Shown in pieces: positions 37,683 to 51,568 of a DNA stretch of 64,000 bases. The stretch is from Octopus sinensis (lineage: Eukaryota): positions 78,492,001-78,556,000 of the forward strand of contig NC_042999.1 of NCBI RefSeq assembly GCF_006345805.1, read 5' to 3'. Positions within the stretch are counted from its first letter, which is position 1; every line of letters starts with the position of its first letter. Both the position numbers and the translations under genes were made by a program. The notes under the pieces were generated by a model. It was given only the letters and a program-made list of their open reading frames with translations, had not been told where the DNA came from and ran no database searches.

Positions 37683-39129
37683 GCTGAAATTTGAGCGATG
37701 GGGAAAGTTGATTACATCAACCTCAGTGCTCAGCTGGTACTTACTTCATCAACCTTGGAAGGATGAAAGACAAAGTCAACCATGGCCGAATTTGAACGTA
37801 ATGGTGGATGAAATGCTATTGGAGGAATTATTAGCTCTTCAGATAAATGCCTTGGTATTGATAGATCCTATCTGATCAAGCTTACTAGCCTTGTGCCTAA
37901 ATCAGAAGCCACTCTTCCTTGTATTAAGATGGTAAACTGGCAGAGTGCTTAGCACCCCAGACACCAAGACAAAATGCTTTGCAGCAGTTTTTCTGGTTCT
38001 TTATATTCTGAGGTGAGATTCCACTGAGGTTGACTTTGCCTTTTATCCTTTCAGGATCAATAAAATGATTACTTGTTGAACATTAGGGTTGATGTAATCA
38101 GCCTAACCCAGAGTCAATAAAATAAGTATCAGGGGAGCACTGGTGTCGATGTAATCAATTAATCAGCCTCTGCTCCCCAAATTTCAGGCCTTGTGCCTAT
38201 GGTAGTAAAGATTATTATTATTATTATTGTCAAAGGTTGTAAGCTGGCAGAATCATTAGTGTGTCAGACAACATGCTTAGTGGTATTTCTTTTGGGTCTT
38301 TTTGTTCTGAGATCAAATGCTGCTGAGGTCGATTCTACCAAATCGCCATGCTTGCATGGCGATTTGGCAGAATTGTTGGTGCGCCAGACTAAATGCTTAG
38401 CAGTATTTTGCCCATCGCTATGTTCTGAGTTCAAATTCCACCATGGTCAACTCTCTGCCTTTTATCCTTTCAGGGTTGATAAAATAAATACTAGTCAACT
38501 AGTGGGGGTCAATCTAATCATCTTGCCCTTCCTCTCAAAACTACTGGCCTTGTGCTGAAATTAGAAACAATTATTATTATTGTCAACTTTACCTTTCATT
38601 GTTTCAAAGTTGATGAAATAAAGTACCAGTCAAGTACTGGGGTCGATGGTATTAGTTAATTCCTTCTCAAAATTGCTGGGTTTGTGTCTAAATAATAAAA
38701 CCTGCACTACTATCATGATCATTAAGATGACCAGCTGGCAGAATTGTTGGTGAGTCGGACAAAATGCTTTGTGACATTTCTTCTGTTTCTCTCTACATTC
38801 TGAGTTCAGGTTCCACTGAAGTTGACTTAACATCCCTTCTGGGTTGGTAAAATAAACACCAGTTGAGTACTTGGGTTAATGTAATCAACTTCCCCACCCT
38901 TCAAAATTGTTGGCCTTGCATGGTGATTGGGCAGACTTGTCGGTGCGCCAGACAAAATGCTTAGCAGTATTTTGCCCATCGCTATGTTCTGAGTTCAAAT
39001 TCTGCCATGGTCAACTTTACCTTTCATCCTTTCGGGGTCAATAAAATAAGCACCAGTTGAACACTGGGGTCGATGTAATTGACTAGTCCTCTTCCCCAAA
39101 TTTTCAGTCCTTGTGGCAAAATTCGAAAC

Positions 39130-39161
<32 letters not shown>

Positions 39162-39260
39162 CAGTGAGGTCAAACTTTCATCCTTTTAGGGGTTGATAAA
39201 TTAAGTACCAATGTAATTGACTAGTCCCCTTCCCACAAATTTCAGGCCTTGTGTCGCCAG
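37683..39260. mobile_element. Dense cluster of decayed family A SINEs in intron 2 (one minus copy, many plus copies)
   Basis: Repeated tggcagaat..tgctta..ttctgagttcaaatt..cctttcatcctt..gtaccag cores separated by (ATT)n. Confidence 0.85.
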
Positions 39261-39336
39261 CAGAAAAAAATTATTATTATTACTATTATTATTATTATTA
39301 TTATTATTTGTGTTGTCTACTTGTTTCTTTTCTCAG

Positions 39337-39599
39337 GAGCTCCGATAATACGACCTGTTTGGTGGATAGCACCAGAAGATCCTGTTGCACTGAAAATCGA
39401 CTGTGAATTTCTTGTAGGGAACAATCTGTTGGTGGCACCGGTACTTGATTCTGGCAGTACATCCAGAGATATCTACCTCCCTCATGGCAGCTGGAAGGAC
39501 AATCTCAATAACAGGGAAATTAAAGGGGCTAAACTGTATAAAGATTTCAAAGTTGAACTTCACCAAATTGCTACATTTTCAAAAATGAAGTCTTTCTAG
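39337..39599 (+). CDS. MYORG: MYORG-like GH31 glycosidase, last coding exon
   Basis: Acceptor tctcag|GA completes the phase-1 Gly codon. PIIRPVWW..P.D...FLVGNNLLVAPVL..RDIYLP.G.W is the GH31 proximal C-terminal domain. TAG at 39597-39599. Spliced CDS is 2154 nt, giving 717 aa. Confidence 0.95.
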
Positions 39600-39808
39600 T
39601 TTTTTTTTTTGCTTTGGTTTTTCTCTATTAGATCTTAGTCCTCTTTTCTCTTCGTTTTCTTCCACTTTTTTTCCGTCTGTTTTCTGATTCTTCCATTTTC
39701 TTCCTTCTATCATTTCTTTCTCTCCTTCTTTTTCCTGTCTTCCTTCTTCCACTCTCTTCATTATTTTTTGTTCATTTTGTTATATGTATTTTCTTCATGT
39801 GATTTGTG

Positions 39809-39854
<46 letters not shown>

Positions 39855-40580
39855 TATATACGTACGTACATACATACATACAAGCACACAAACATAACAT
39901 TGGATTAAAAAGTTTTTTTTATCTTTTAATGTTTGGATGGTTCTGTGAGTGAGAGTAAGTTCTGAGGCAAATGCAGTCTGTGGGTAGTAGCTTGGTGGGT
40001 GTAATTTCAACTAATTCTACTAATGTGCCAATGAGATTATTAAAAGACTTGAGTGCTGTAACATTCCATATACTTCTCTGCTTGACGAATTCAGTACATT
40101 CCATAATCCTTACACACACATGCGCGTGCACGCACTCATGCACACACACACACATGCACCTAATCAAAGCTTTTGCCTCATTGACATAATTCTCATTCAT
40201 TTGGTGTACCATCATTATCATCATCATCATTTTCATTGCTGTCATCAGTATCATCATCATTCGATGAGTAAAAAGCAGTAAAAGAATGAGGGCTTCCGCC
40301 TAATTATCCTGCTGTATTTTTTGGAATACAAAGTGAATTTTTTTAGATTAAAATTTACTATAAAAATAAAAAAGATAGTTTGACTTCTGTGCCAAGATGA
40401 CTTTAGAGCACCAAAAATTCCAAGTGAAATGCGTCAAAATTTGGCAAGATAGTGGCGATGTTTGAATCTTTACACTACATGTTTATTCGGCATGTTGTGT
40501 TGACTTGTATGCTGGAAAATACAGTAGCCATTATTAAACTTTTCTTTACCTGGAGTAAACTTCTGCTACTGTAACACATA

Positions 40581-40612
<32 letters not shown>

Positions 40613-40939
40613 CTGTTGTAATCATAACTGTTGTTGTTTACGTTGTCATCATTACTTCCTGAGTATAGGCTGGTGGAATTGGCTGAGATAGTTAAATTGC
40701 TTGGATAAATTTTGTCCTTCTCAGTCACGAGTTCTGAATCTGCTGGGTTTGCTTTTGCCTGGGGTATGGGTGGCAGGTTATAAAAAATATATACAATGGG
40801 AGTCAATGGAGTCTGATAAATCTCAAATTCTCTGAAGAGAGAGAGAGAGAGAAAAAAACATTGAATAAAACCAAAAGAATGCAAAAAAGGAAAAAATGTC
40901 TTGCTGCTTGTTAAAAATGGGGACAAGCATAAACACAAA

Positions 40940-41265
40940 GATACACACACACACACATGTACACACATGCACACATACGTGCACATAATCAATCATGCAC
41001 ACTTGCACATGCATACATGTACATGCACACATGCACATACACAAACATGCATGCACATACAGAAAGGCATGCACACATGTGCACACAGACATGTATGTAC
41101 ATGCACACATACATGCACAAATACATGCACACATGCATGCACATAATCAAACATGCATACTTGCACATGCACATACACAAACACACGCATGCACATACAC
41201 ACATGCACATACACATGGGCATGCACACATGCATGTATGCACATACACAAATGCATGTGCACAAA
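40940..41265. repeat. Degenerate CA/CATG-rich low-complexity repeat
   Basis: Direct inspection; explains the stacked spurious ORFs here. Confidence 0.85.
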
Positions 41266-42061
41266 AACACACTTTCTCTCTCTCAAGACATACTGCTGCT
41301 TTTTCTCTCTTTCTCTCTATATATATTTGTGTGTGTGTGTGTGTGTGTATCTTTGGTAAAGACATTTAACAAACTCTCTGAATAGGTTATTGCTGTTGAT
41401 TTTTTTTTTTACCTCCAAGTCAGCCTTGGTTGAGTTGAACTTTCCTAATGAAAGACATTCCAGCTGTGGCGATTCTGTCTAAAACAACATTGTCCAATGT
41501 GTACTTCCATTGTTTTTTACGACAGAATGATGCGAATAGGAGGAGGGGGAGATATATGAGATACGTTTGCTGGTCGAACCGTTCTGCATAGGTTCACTGA
41601 TTGACTGCCAAGGGGATTCATGCAGAAATATTTCATTAACTTGTAACACTAAACACCATATTATTGTCTGTGGGTGTAGAAAACACCAGGGACATCATTC
41701 CGGTGTATGCTGTTCTTGGAATAATAATAATAATAAGACGGGGAAGTCACTAGTGCTGACTGATTCCCCTGTGGAGTTACAGGTCATTTTGTTGATACAA
41801 TGTAAATTTACATTGAATAAGCTTTAACAAGAAAAAAAACAAACTTTTTGTGATTATTATTTATTATTCGTTTGTATTATTTTTGTATTACTTTCAATAA
41901 AAAGATAATGATAAAAATTACATTCCAAAGAAGTCTTGTTATTATGATGTCAGAAAAATCTATAGTTGAGGTTCTGCTGCCTGAAAGCTTTGTGTATGTA
42001 ATGGAAACCGTGTGTAGAGAACAGGTGCATAAATGCGGACATGGTTGTGATGTTCACCTCA

Positions 42062-42431
42062 TTCTTTTATTCTTTTACTTGTTTCATCCATTTGACTGTG
42101 GCCATGCTGGAACACTGCCTTTAAGGGTATTTTAGTTGAAGAAATTGAACTACTTATTCCATCAGCCTTTTTTGCTGAATTGCTAAGGTATGGGGATGTA
42201 AACACACCAACATCAGATGTCAAGTGATGGTGGGGGACAAACAGACACAAAGACACACAAACATAAATGTATACATGCATGCATACACACACATATACGA
42301 CGGGCTCCTTTTAATTTCTGTCTGCCAAATCCACTCAAAAAGCTTTGGTTGGCCCAAGGTGCCATGCAGTGAGACTGAACCTGAAATCATGTGGTTGGGA
42401 AGAAAGCTTCTTATCACACAGCTGTGCCTGT
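42062..42431 (-). mobile_element. tRNA-derived SINE family B (decayed)
   Basis: Reverse-complement similarity to 45167-45559. Confidence 0.8.
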
Positions 42432-42855
42432 GTATGATTTTGTTTTCAACCCTTTAACATTTAAACCAGCCACCTCTGCCTCAAATATTTTACCTGTTTT
42501 ATGTTAATGTGTGATTAATGCAAAACTGTGTGAATAGATAAGCAGTACATTTGACAAAGAAATCTGGATGCTAAAGGTTAAGGAACAGAGATCATGTCGA
42601 TACTAACAATCCCAAAATGTGTGAAGAATTCTGAGTAGCCAAATGAAATGTCTCGGGCCATTAATATATACATTAGGTCATTGAGTCATCATTTGATATT
42701 ACAACATGGAACATCTTGTATTGCATGTGCTAAATCTCTTTCACATATCAGCCATTACAGCAGCCACTCACTGTCAAAGGAAATAAAGAAACATGATAGT
42801 AGAGAATATGTGTGTGTGTGTGCATGTGTGTATATGTATATGAATATTTTTTTTT

Positions 42856-43158
42856 ATGCGCCCTTTTCAACCCTAGCCAGGCTCATGTGCCCGGTTTCCC
42901 CGTTTCTTTGGCGTATGTGTTCCTCCCAGCTGGACAGGATGGCAGTCCATTGCAGCGTTACCCAAGAAACAGGAAGAAAGAGTGAGAGAAAGTTGGGGCG
43001 AAAGAGTACAACAGGGGTTGCCACCACCCCCTGCTGGAGCCTCGTGGAGCTTTAGGTGTTTTCGCTCAATAAACACATACAATGCTTGGTCTGGGAATCA
43101 AAACTGCGATCCTCCGACCGTGAGTCTGCTGCCCTAACCACTGGGCCATTGAGCCTCC
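42856..43158 (-). mobile_element. tRNA-derived SINE family C (full length)
   Basis: Minus strand has a tRNA-like head ggaggctcaatggcccagtggttagggcagcagactc...gatcgcagttttgattccc. Homologous to 59586-59842. Confidence 0.85.
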
Positions 43159-43369
43159 TATATATATAAATATAAATAATGGAAAACAAAACAATAAATT
43201 GAACAATTATAATTCAATTATATTTAAATTGAATTATAATTGTTCATTTTATTGTTTTGCTTTCTATTTCTTATTTATATTTATATTTTAATAAACTGTA
43301 TGTTTATTTTTTATTTACCTATTGGAATAACATTGTTATTGATATAGGTACCCTTCAATCATTGAGCAA

Positions 43370-43840
43370 TAAACTGTGCTTGCGAAGACCTATATAGTCA
43401 AGTGAAGACATTTTTGTAGTCGATGCCAGTACCTCCTGACTGGTCCCATGCCAGTGGCATGTAAAAATCACCATTAGAGCATGATTATTGCCAGTACCGC
43501 CTAACTGGCTGCTGTGCCAGTAGCACGTAAAAAGCAGTCAATGCCAGTGCCGGCGGCACGTAAAAAGCACCATTCTAGCGTGGTCATTGCCAATGCCGCC
43601 TGAGTGGCACATAAAAAGCACCATTCAAGTGTGGTCAATGCCAGTACTGCCTGACTGGCATGTAAAAAGAACCCACTACACTCTCGGAGTGGTTGGCGTT
43701 AGGAAGGGCATCCAGCTGTACAAACTTTGCCTGATCAAATTGGACCCTGGTGCAGCCTTCTGACTTGCCAGCCCTCAGTCAAACTGTTCAACCCGTGCCA
43801 ACATGGGGAAGTGGATGTTAAACTACCGAGATGATGATAG
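43370..43840 (+). mobile_element. RTE-type LINE 3' tail with internal tandem repeats
   Basis: Repeats of tgccagt..gcc..actggc..gtaaaaagcacc, then actctcggagtggttggcgttaggaagggcatccagc and a gatgatga end. Confidence 0.8.
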
Positions 43841-44589
43841 GTAAAACCAGTAAATTCTTCGGATATTTAATATCCCTTAGGTGAATTTTACACCTAGCTA
43901 AATTGTTATATAGGGATATCTATCTATATAATATGAGTTCCCTCTTTGTTTTCCATATATATATATATGTATAAAGAAAGCGAAGAAATAACTCTTAGAA
44001 ATTCAAAATAAAAGAAACACAACTTCAATTAAAGGGAAATAACTTGTATTGGAGCAGGGAAGATTCATCATTCAAAGGGAGAGAACCTCTTACAACATCA
44101 CCTAGACAAGCGAGAATTGGGAAGCTGACAGATCTGTACTGAAAGTAACTGACCCGCCCATTCAGTAAATCCTGTATCTTACTAATTTATCGAATGTTCT
44201 TACAGATTAATTTGTTATTTAGAGCTTGCATACATTTTTTTAATAGATTTCTAGCCCTGGTGTATCTAACTCAAGAACAAGGAACATCATACACACACAC
44301 GTAATAAAGTCACAAAGTATCGTCAGTTATTCAGAATCACGCGAATACTGCTAACTTCACTTTTACTGTTTGTAATAGATTACAAATAACAAATATTTAA
44401 ATGAAATTAACAGCGTTTGTTTGTTATTGAACGACTAACTTGTGTCTACCACTCCGCAATCATTTTAGTTTGGTGAAGTAAACCGTAAAATGTAAGGGAA
44501 ATAACTTAGAAAACTGTTTCGGGAGTTATCGTTCTTGAAACCTGTTCCATATCGGCAGTCGATTCTATGTATTCATTTCAAACAATATA

Positions 44590-45092
44590 CAGTAACCCCT
44601 CGATTATCGCGGGTGTTACGTTCCAAAATCTCCGGCGATAGGTGAAAATCCGCGAAGTAGAAACAGTACTATACTGTATATATTTTTCTATCATCTTCAT
44701 AATTTGTATATATTTATTTTATTATAAGTGCAAAACAACACCACATACATACCTCCCAAGTTTCGTTTTCCATACAGCATGTGCGATTCTTTTTTTACGT
44801 GTCTACGGTACATTACGTATTTTCTCTTAATATATTTTAATTAATGTGTAATACAGCGCAGTACACAACTCTATTTTTATTTATCAATTTATTAATTTTT
44901 ATGCGTGAGAACGTTTATTTTACCACAGAAATAATTAAAACGTAAAAAAAATAAATAAATAAATAACTATCGGACGCAGAAACTCGCGATATAGTGAGGA
45001 GACCGCGATATAAGTTTACATATATTAGGCAGAAAAATCCGCGATGTACTGAGTGCGCGAAAGGTAAACCGCGATATGGCGAGAGAGTGCTG
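44590..45092. mobile_element. Pogo/Tigger-type MITE
   Basis: TIRs cagtaacccctcgattatcgcgg and ccgcgatatggcgagagagtgctg, flanked by TA on both sides. Confidence 0.85.
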
Positions 45093-45166
45093 TATTGATT
45101 TCAAATTTCGGTCCAAGAACAACAATTTCAGGGGAGGTGGGGGGTAAATATATTAACATTTACATA

Positions 45167-45559
45167 GGCGCTGGAGTGGCTGTGTGGTAAGTAGCTTGCT
45201 TACCAACCACATGGTTCTGGTTTCAGTCCCACTGCGTGGCACCTTGGGCAAAGTGTCTTCTACTATAGCCTCGGGCCAACCAAAGCCTTGTCTGTGAATT
45301 TGGTAGACGGAAACTGAAAGAAGCCAGGCATATATATGTATATGTATGTTTGTGCGTCTGAGTTTGTTTCTCCCCCCCAACATCGCTTGACAACCGATGG
45401 TGGTGTGTTTACGTCTCCGTAATCTAGTGGTTCGGCAAAAGAGACCGATAGAATAAGTACTAGGCTTACAAAGCATAAGCCCTGGGGTCGATTTGCTCGA
45501 CTAAAGGCGGTGCTCCAGCATGGCCGCAGTCAAGTGACTGAAACAAGTAGAAGAGTAAA
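45167..45559 (+). mobile_element. tRNA-derived SINE family B (full length)
   Basis: Head ggcgctggagtggctgtgtggtaagtagcttgc...ggtttcagtcccactgcg with A/B-box-like motifs; tail gactgaaacaagta. Several other copies in the window. Confidence 0.9.
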
Positions 45560-45986
45560 TTTGGTTCATGTATACAATCGACTATTCACCCAACCATTTA
45601 CCCGCTCGTCCGTCCTTCCGTCCCTGATTTATTGGCTAGTCAGCGCCCATGGCTCTTGATATTTTTTACGGGACCTGCGTTACTGGTGAGAGGAGTAATT
45701 CTCAAACCAGAGATGTAACCCGAATGCTTGGATTCGGCAAAGGCTCTCAGGAAATTATGTTAAGCCGGGTAGTGGATCAAGTCTTCTACCCTGTTTATAT
45801 CTCTTTGTACGTCTGTCCTCATATCCCTTTGTCCGTCAGTTTGCCTTTTTATCGTTTAAAATATCTGTTGTTTTCTATGTTAGTTTGTCTGTCTGTTTGT
45901 CTATCTCTCTACCCTTACCCTTTGACTATATATTTATACGTGAAGGCGTGTGGCTTATGTATATATATGTATGAATGTATGTAGAA

Positions 45987-46089
<103 letters not shown>

Positions 46090-46123
46090 GGGGGGGGTGT
46101 ATGTGTGTGTATGTGAAGGCATA

Positions 46124-47273
46124 TCAGCACAACAAACAACTCTTCGGCAACTATGAACCACCACAAGCCCATTTCAGCCACGTCATCATCGACCTTGTCG
46201 GCCCCTACCACCTTCACAGTGTTGCTCTTGCTCGTACCTACTGACCTTGGTAGACCGCTACACTCGTTGGCCTGAGGCTATCCCTCTCCGCAGCACTGAA
46301 ACACAAGAAGTCAGCCGACCCTTCATCGCAAACTGGGTCGCCCATTTCGGTATCCCAGACAGCACCTCTTCCAACCGGGGTTCACAATTCATTTCAAAGC
46401 AGTGGAATGACATGTGTGACCTTTTTGGAACCGCACAACAGCCTACCATCCACAAGCCAACGGGTTAGTGAAGAGATTTCACCGCCACCTGAAGGAATCC
46501 CTGACAACCAGATTTAACAGGCCCAACTAGATTGATCAACTCTAATGGGTGATGCTGGAAATCCGCACCACCCCAAAAGAAAATCTCAACACTTCCTCCG
46601 CAGAAAGGTGTATGGTGCCCCTCTTATAGTGCTATGAAAGTTCCTTCCGAATACGAAGTCAGATCCGGATGTCAAAAGGTACCTCGCTCAGCTGAGAAAC
46701 AGCGTGGGTTAGTTGCGCCCAATTCCCATGTCATCAGACGGTACACCCTGATCATTCGTACTAAACGACCTCTGCACGGCTAACTTTGCGTTCGTCCGAC
46801 GCGACAAACGACGAAAACCCCTACGATGGTCGATATGAAGTCATACGTCCGGGAGACAAATCATTTGAACTTCTAATTGACGGACGACAAGACACAGTTT
46901 CCATCGATAGGTTGAAACTGGCCCATCTTGATATTGACAGCCCTGTTTAGGTAGCCCAACCACCAAACAGGGGCCGCTCCAGGCAGATCAAACCAACCCT
47001 TGGCAAGGAACAGTCACCAAAGAGCCGAAGTCCCGGTTCCAACGACAGTCAACAGTTCTGGTGTGGAGTTATGAAAAGGACAAGATTTATGACAGACGAA
47101 CTGAACTTCACTGCAGGCCAGCTAGGGAGCTGGTCTGCAGCGCGGTAGACTTCTGGTTGAGCGGGCTTCGAGAGCAGAAGTAACTGGCGGTTGTCACCCT
47201 GATGTACTTAAAGGAATAAATCTTTCACTAACGAATTCTCGTCTGCATGAGTTTATTTGTGTATAGCTTAACA
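46124..47273 (+). mobile_element. Gypsy LTR retrotransposon 3' remnant (integrase plus putative 3' LTR at ~47072-47273)
   Basis: Integrase motifs FSHV.IDLVGP, VDRYTRWPEAIPL, FGIP...S.RGSQF and YHPQANGLV.RFHR.LK, with stops. Degenerate purine-rich tract, then a TG...CA segment containing aataaa. Confidence 0.88.
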
Positions 47274-47735
47274 AAGCTATACGCGCATGATTCCCCCTGT
47301 CTTGTATGGAACCGGTTCATGACGGTCGGGAACTGCTGACTTAGAGTGTCCTGAATGTTGAAGTACAATGCACAGATCTTTAGTATACCATGGTATCGCA
47401 TGGTGGAACACCATACTATATGCACCAAGGCGTTTATTTATGATGTATATGTAACCTCAATTCCAAGGTCATCAATTATCGTGTAGATTTTCGAGCAAAG
47501 GCGGTCTGATTACGGCTATCTCATGTTATATGTTTAAACAGTGTATCTGAGATTACGGACTCGAATGTGTCTTGCCTTTAATTGCAGACAGTAAGATTTG
47601 AATTGAGGGAGATTTGGCTGAGGTTTCTAGCAGATTAAACGACCACGTATCTGCTTCTAGCAGTGGTAATGACGGTGGGGATGATGGTAGTGGTTTTGGT
47701 GTTGGTGATGGTTGTGGTGCTAATATTGAAGGTGG

Positions 47736-47781
47736 TGATGATGACGATGACGATGATGATGACGATGACGATGATGATGAC

Positions 47782-47819
<38 letters not shown>

Positions 47820-47830
47820 CAACGACGACA
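47736..47830. repeat. (GAT/GAC)n trinucleotide microsatellite
   Basis: Direct inspection. Confidence 0.95.
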
Positions 47831-48004
47831 TATACACTGACACAAGCGTAGAACGTAGTTTTTGTCATGTGACAGGTGTCAACCAACTTGTTTCTTGTCA
47901 TACAGACAACTTTTTGCGCACCTCTCTCGCTCTATCCTTCCCTAACCACACGAAATGCCTGTCTATGTATATCCACACGCGCACACACATAGACAAACAC
48001 CGAT

Positions 48005-48041
<37 letters not shown>

Positions 48042-48107
48042 TACAGTTACAAAGCTATTCATGTATGTATGTATGTATGTATGTATGTATGTATGTATGT
48101 GTGTGTA

Positions 48108-48167
<60 letters not shown>

Positions 48168-48168
48168 A

Positions 48169-48733
48169 TTCTTTTACTTGTTTCAATCATTTGACTGCGG
48201 CCATACTGGAGCACAGCCTGAAGGTTTTTTTTTCTTTTAGTCGAACAAATCAACCCAAGGCTTATTTCTTAAGCATAGTACTGATTCTATCGGACTTTTT
48301 TGCCGAACCGCTAAGTTACGGACGTAAATACACCGTCACCGGTTATCAAGCGGTAATGAGGGAACAAACACGGACAGAAAGACACACACATATATAAGTA
48401 CATACATACATACATACATACAAACATGCATACATACATACATACATACATACATACATACATACATACATACATACATACATACATACTTATATACATA
48501 CATGCATACATACATACATACATACATACATACATACATACATACATACATACATACATACATACATGCATGCATGCATGCATACACACACACACACACA
48601 TATATATATATGCTTATATACACGATCGGCCCGAGATGATAGTAGAAGATATTTGCCCAAGGTGTCACGCAGTGGGGCTGAACTCGGAATCATGTGGTTG
48701 GGAAGAAACTTTTTACCATACAGCCACGCCTGC
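48169..48733 (-). mobile_element. Family B SINE with expanded internal (TACA)n
   Basis: Both SINE halves flank a ~200-bp microsatellite. Confidence 0.85.
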
Positions 48734-48860
48734 ATATATATATATCTATATATATATATATTATATATATATATATGTATGGTGTGTATGTATTATATGC
48801 ATATATGTGTATGTTGGTGTCTATATATGTGTATGTATGTATGTATGTATGTATGTATAT

Positions 48861-48895
<35 letters not shown>

Positions 48896-49700
48896 TATCT
48901 ATTAAATGTCAGGAGGTATGAAAGGTGAATATATTTATTTAACCACTAGTTATCTTTAGGTTTACGGCCGTTTCGCAGACTTCATCATGTAATAATAAAC
49001 ATCGGGCTTCTTTCAGTTTCCATCTACCAGATCTACTCACAAGGCTTTGTTCGGCACGAGGCTATTGTAGAAGACACCTGCCCAAGTGTTAACTGCATAT
49101 TCTTTGAAAATCCTGGGCCCACAGAGAAAATTTATTTAAACAAAAAGAGTTTTTGACGGTGAGAAGTTTTGGAAATCATTGCTATAATCGAAGTGAGAAT
49201 AATGGATGAGTGAGTCTCTATCTCCGCGGGTAAACAGATGATATGTTATTGGATATCTCTCACTTGTGCTGTTCATGGTTAGAATACACAGAATCTCGAC
49301 ACCCCGAGTCTAGGCCATCTAACAGATAACAAAATGTAAAATGAATTTGTTGATATAACAAGTAGAGTGTTGTAAAATTGGAGAGTATTTTGCAAGCTTG
49401 CAGTACTGCACAGGCGGATCAACTTTGCGGTAGTCTACAACAAACTGACAGATAGACTAAACGGTAAGCTGTCTGATACACTAAACGAACACGAAATCTT
49501 CAGAGGTGCTCCACAGAGCCTATGGATTAAGGGACCGACTAGCATAATCAACTGAAGTTTCACTGATGACCGAATCAGTATAGCATCAAGAAACCAACCC
49601 AAGTATTCTCTATATCACATTTTCTTATGACATTTAAATTTCCTTATTCTTTCTGTATCGAACAATAGTTTACATAGAGCTGAAGGAAACTGAACAACAT

Positions 49701-49744
<44 letters not shown>

Positions 49745-50624
49745 GGAGAGAGAGAGAATCTGAGAACTACGAAGAAGCCCAACAATGCAACATGAAGCCC
49801 AACATATGCAACATGTTCTAATCCAGTAGTAGCTAATGTAGGATCTGCGGCAGCAAATTCTTTGGCAAAAGAACTGAAATTTACTTAAATTTTCATATAT
49901 TTTCTGATTGTCTCTCTCATCTCTCTACTCTACACCTTCATCTCACCTTCACTTTTCTCCTCCTTCCCCTCTCTACGTTTTTACTTCTACTTTATAACTT
50001 CTGATTACCTACCTCTTCTCTCCATTTTCATCTCTTCCTACTCAACCTTCTTTTAAATTCACTCCTCACGCTTTCACACTACAGTTCTTTATTTTCTCTC
50101 ATATTAACAGTTTTCAATATATCCATTTACTTCCTTCTTAATGAGCCGTTACCTTCCTCCATGCCTACCTACCTACCTAATTTTTCAATGACTTACTAAG
50201 AATCGAAACCGCATTGCAGTCTTTGTTGTTCAATAAGAGCTTAAATCTCTTGCACCGAGTTGCTCACGGTTTCAACAGCTTAATAGCAGCATTGAAGTTT
50301 TTGATCCCTGCCTTAATCTCAACTTAAACTTCTCGCTCTGCCGACACCTTTGTTAAAAACAAACGAGATCTGTATTTTGACGCCATATTTCATATTTTAG
50401 GAAATGAAGGAAAAAAGAAAAAGAAAAGAAAATATGACAAATCCATTGATTTTATTTAGACAAACACTGCTTTCTTTAATCATTTCACCGCCGCCATTCT
50501 CACTGCTAATTCTCTGAAATTTATCTTTGACATGTGTGTTTGCGTACGTGAATATGTGTGTTTGTGTTTGTATCTGTATCTCTCTGTGATATTATATGTG
50601 ACACCTATATCATAATAATATTTC

Positions 50625-50659
<35 letters not shown>

Positions 50660-50796
50660 TTATACAAAACAAATACAAGCTCATTCAAGGAACTGTTTGG
50701 GTTTGTATTTACTCAACTTGTGTCCATTTGTTGAGCAAACACACACACAAACATACACATGCACACGCACACGCACGCAAACGCACATACACGCGG

Positions 50797-50837
<41 letters not shown>

Positions 50838-51009
50838 AACATGCATAACATGCATGTACATAGATGTTACACACACTAAAATTACACAAAATATATACTC
50901 GTGCCATAAGTATATCGATACATACACTGCATACGCAACATATACAAGATAGATTTATCATCAGATGACATATAAGATATGTACTCACCTGGTATTATAC
51001 GGGATATAA

Positions 51010-51225
51010 AGGCGGCTAGCTGGCAGAATTGTTAGCATGCCGGGCAAAACGTTTAGCGGCATTACGTCCGTCTTAACGCTCTGAGTTCAAATTCCGCCGA
51101 GGTCGACTTTGTCTTTCATCCTTTCGGGGTCGATAAATTAAGTATCAGAATTTCACTGGAGTCAATGTAACCGACATTCTCCCTCTCCCCGAATTTCAGG
51201 CCTTGTGCCTACAGTAGAAAGGATA
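51010..51225 (+). mobile_element. Family A SINE (full length)
   Basis: Canonical head and core. Flanked by the direct repeat tattatacgggatata (~50993-51008 and ~51224-51239), a likely TSD. Confidence 0.9.
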
Positions 51226-51568
51226 TTATACGGGATATACATTACCTGCATCTAATATCTTAATATACATACATAATTCATTCTATAGGCCATACACACA
51301 CACACACACATATATATATATTATTACAAATTTGGGATTTTACCAATAAGGCCACAACTTCAATTTCAGGACAACCTTATTTACTGGAGTACACATAGAA
51401 AGTTATATCCAAAATACTAATCTAATAATATAAGCATTTTAAAGACTACTATAACGTACAATAAAATAAAGTACATTAGAATTAATTAAAAATTATTTAA
51501 ACTTATTTAAAAAAAATATATACACCTTACCTGTTATTTGTCTGTGGGGAAAGAAGATAACATTGATC

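Noticed and set aside
43420-43680. CRISPR-like repeat/spacer appearance
   Set aside because: Degenerate internal repeats of an RTE 3' tail in eukaryotic DNA; the spacers are related to each other and there are no cas genes.
47614-48240. 208-aa ORF with poly-Asp
   Set aside because: Produced by (GAT)n, (CA)n, (TATG)n and SINE sequence; no coding signature.
49563-49606. CTGATGA...GAAAC on the plus strand
   Set aside because: No pairing for stems I, II or III; chance core match.
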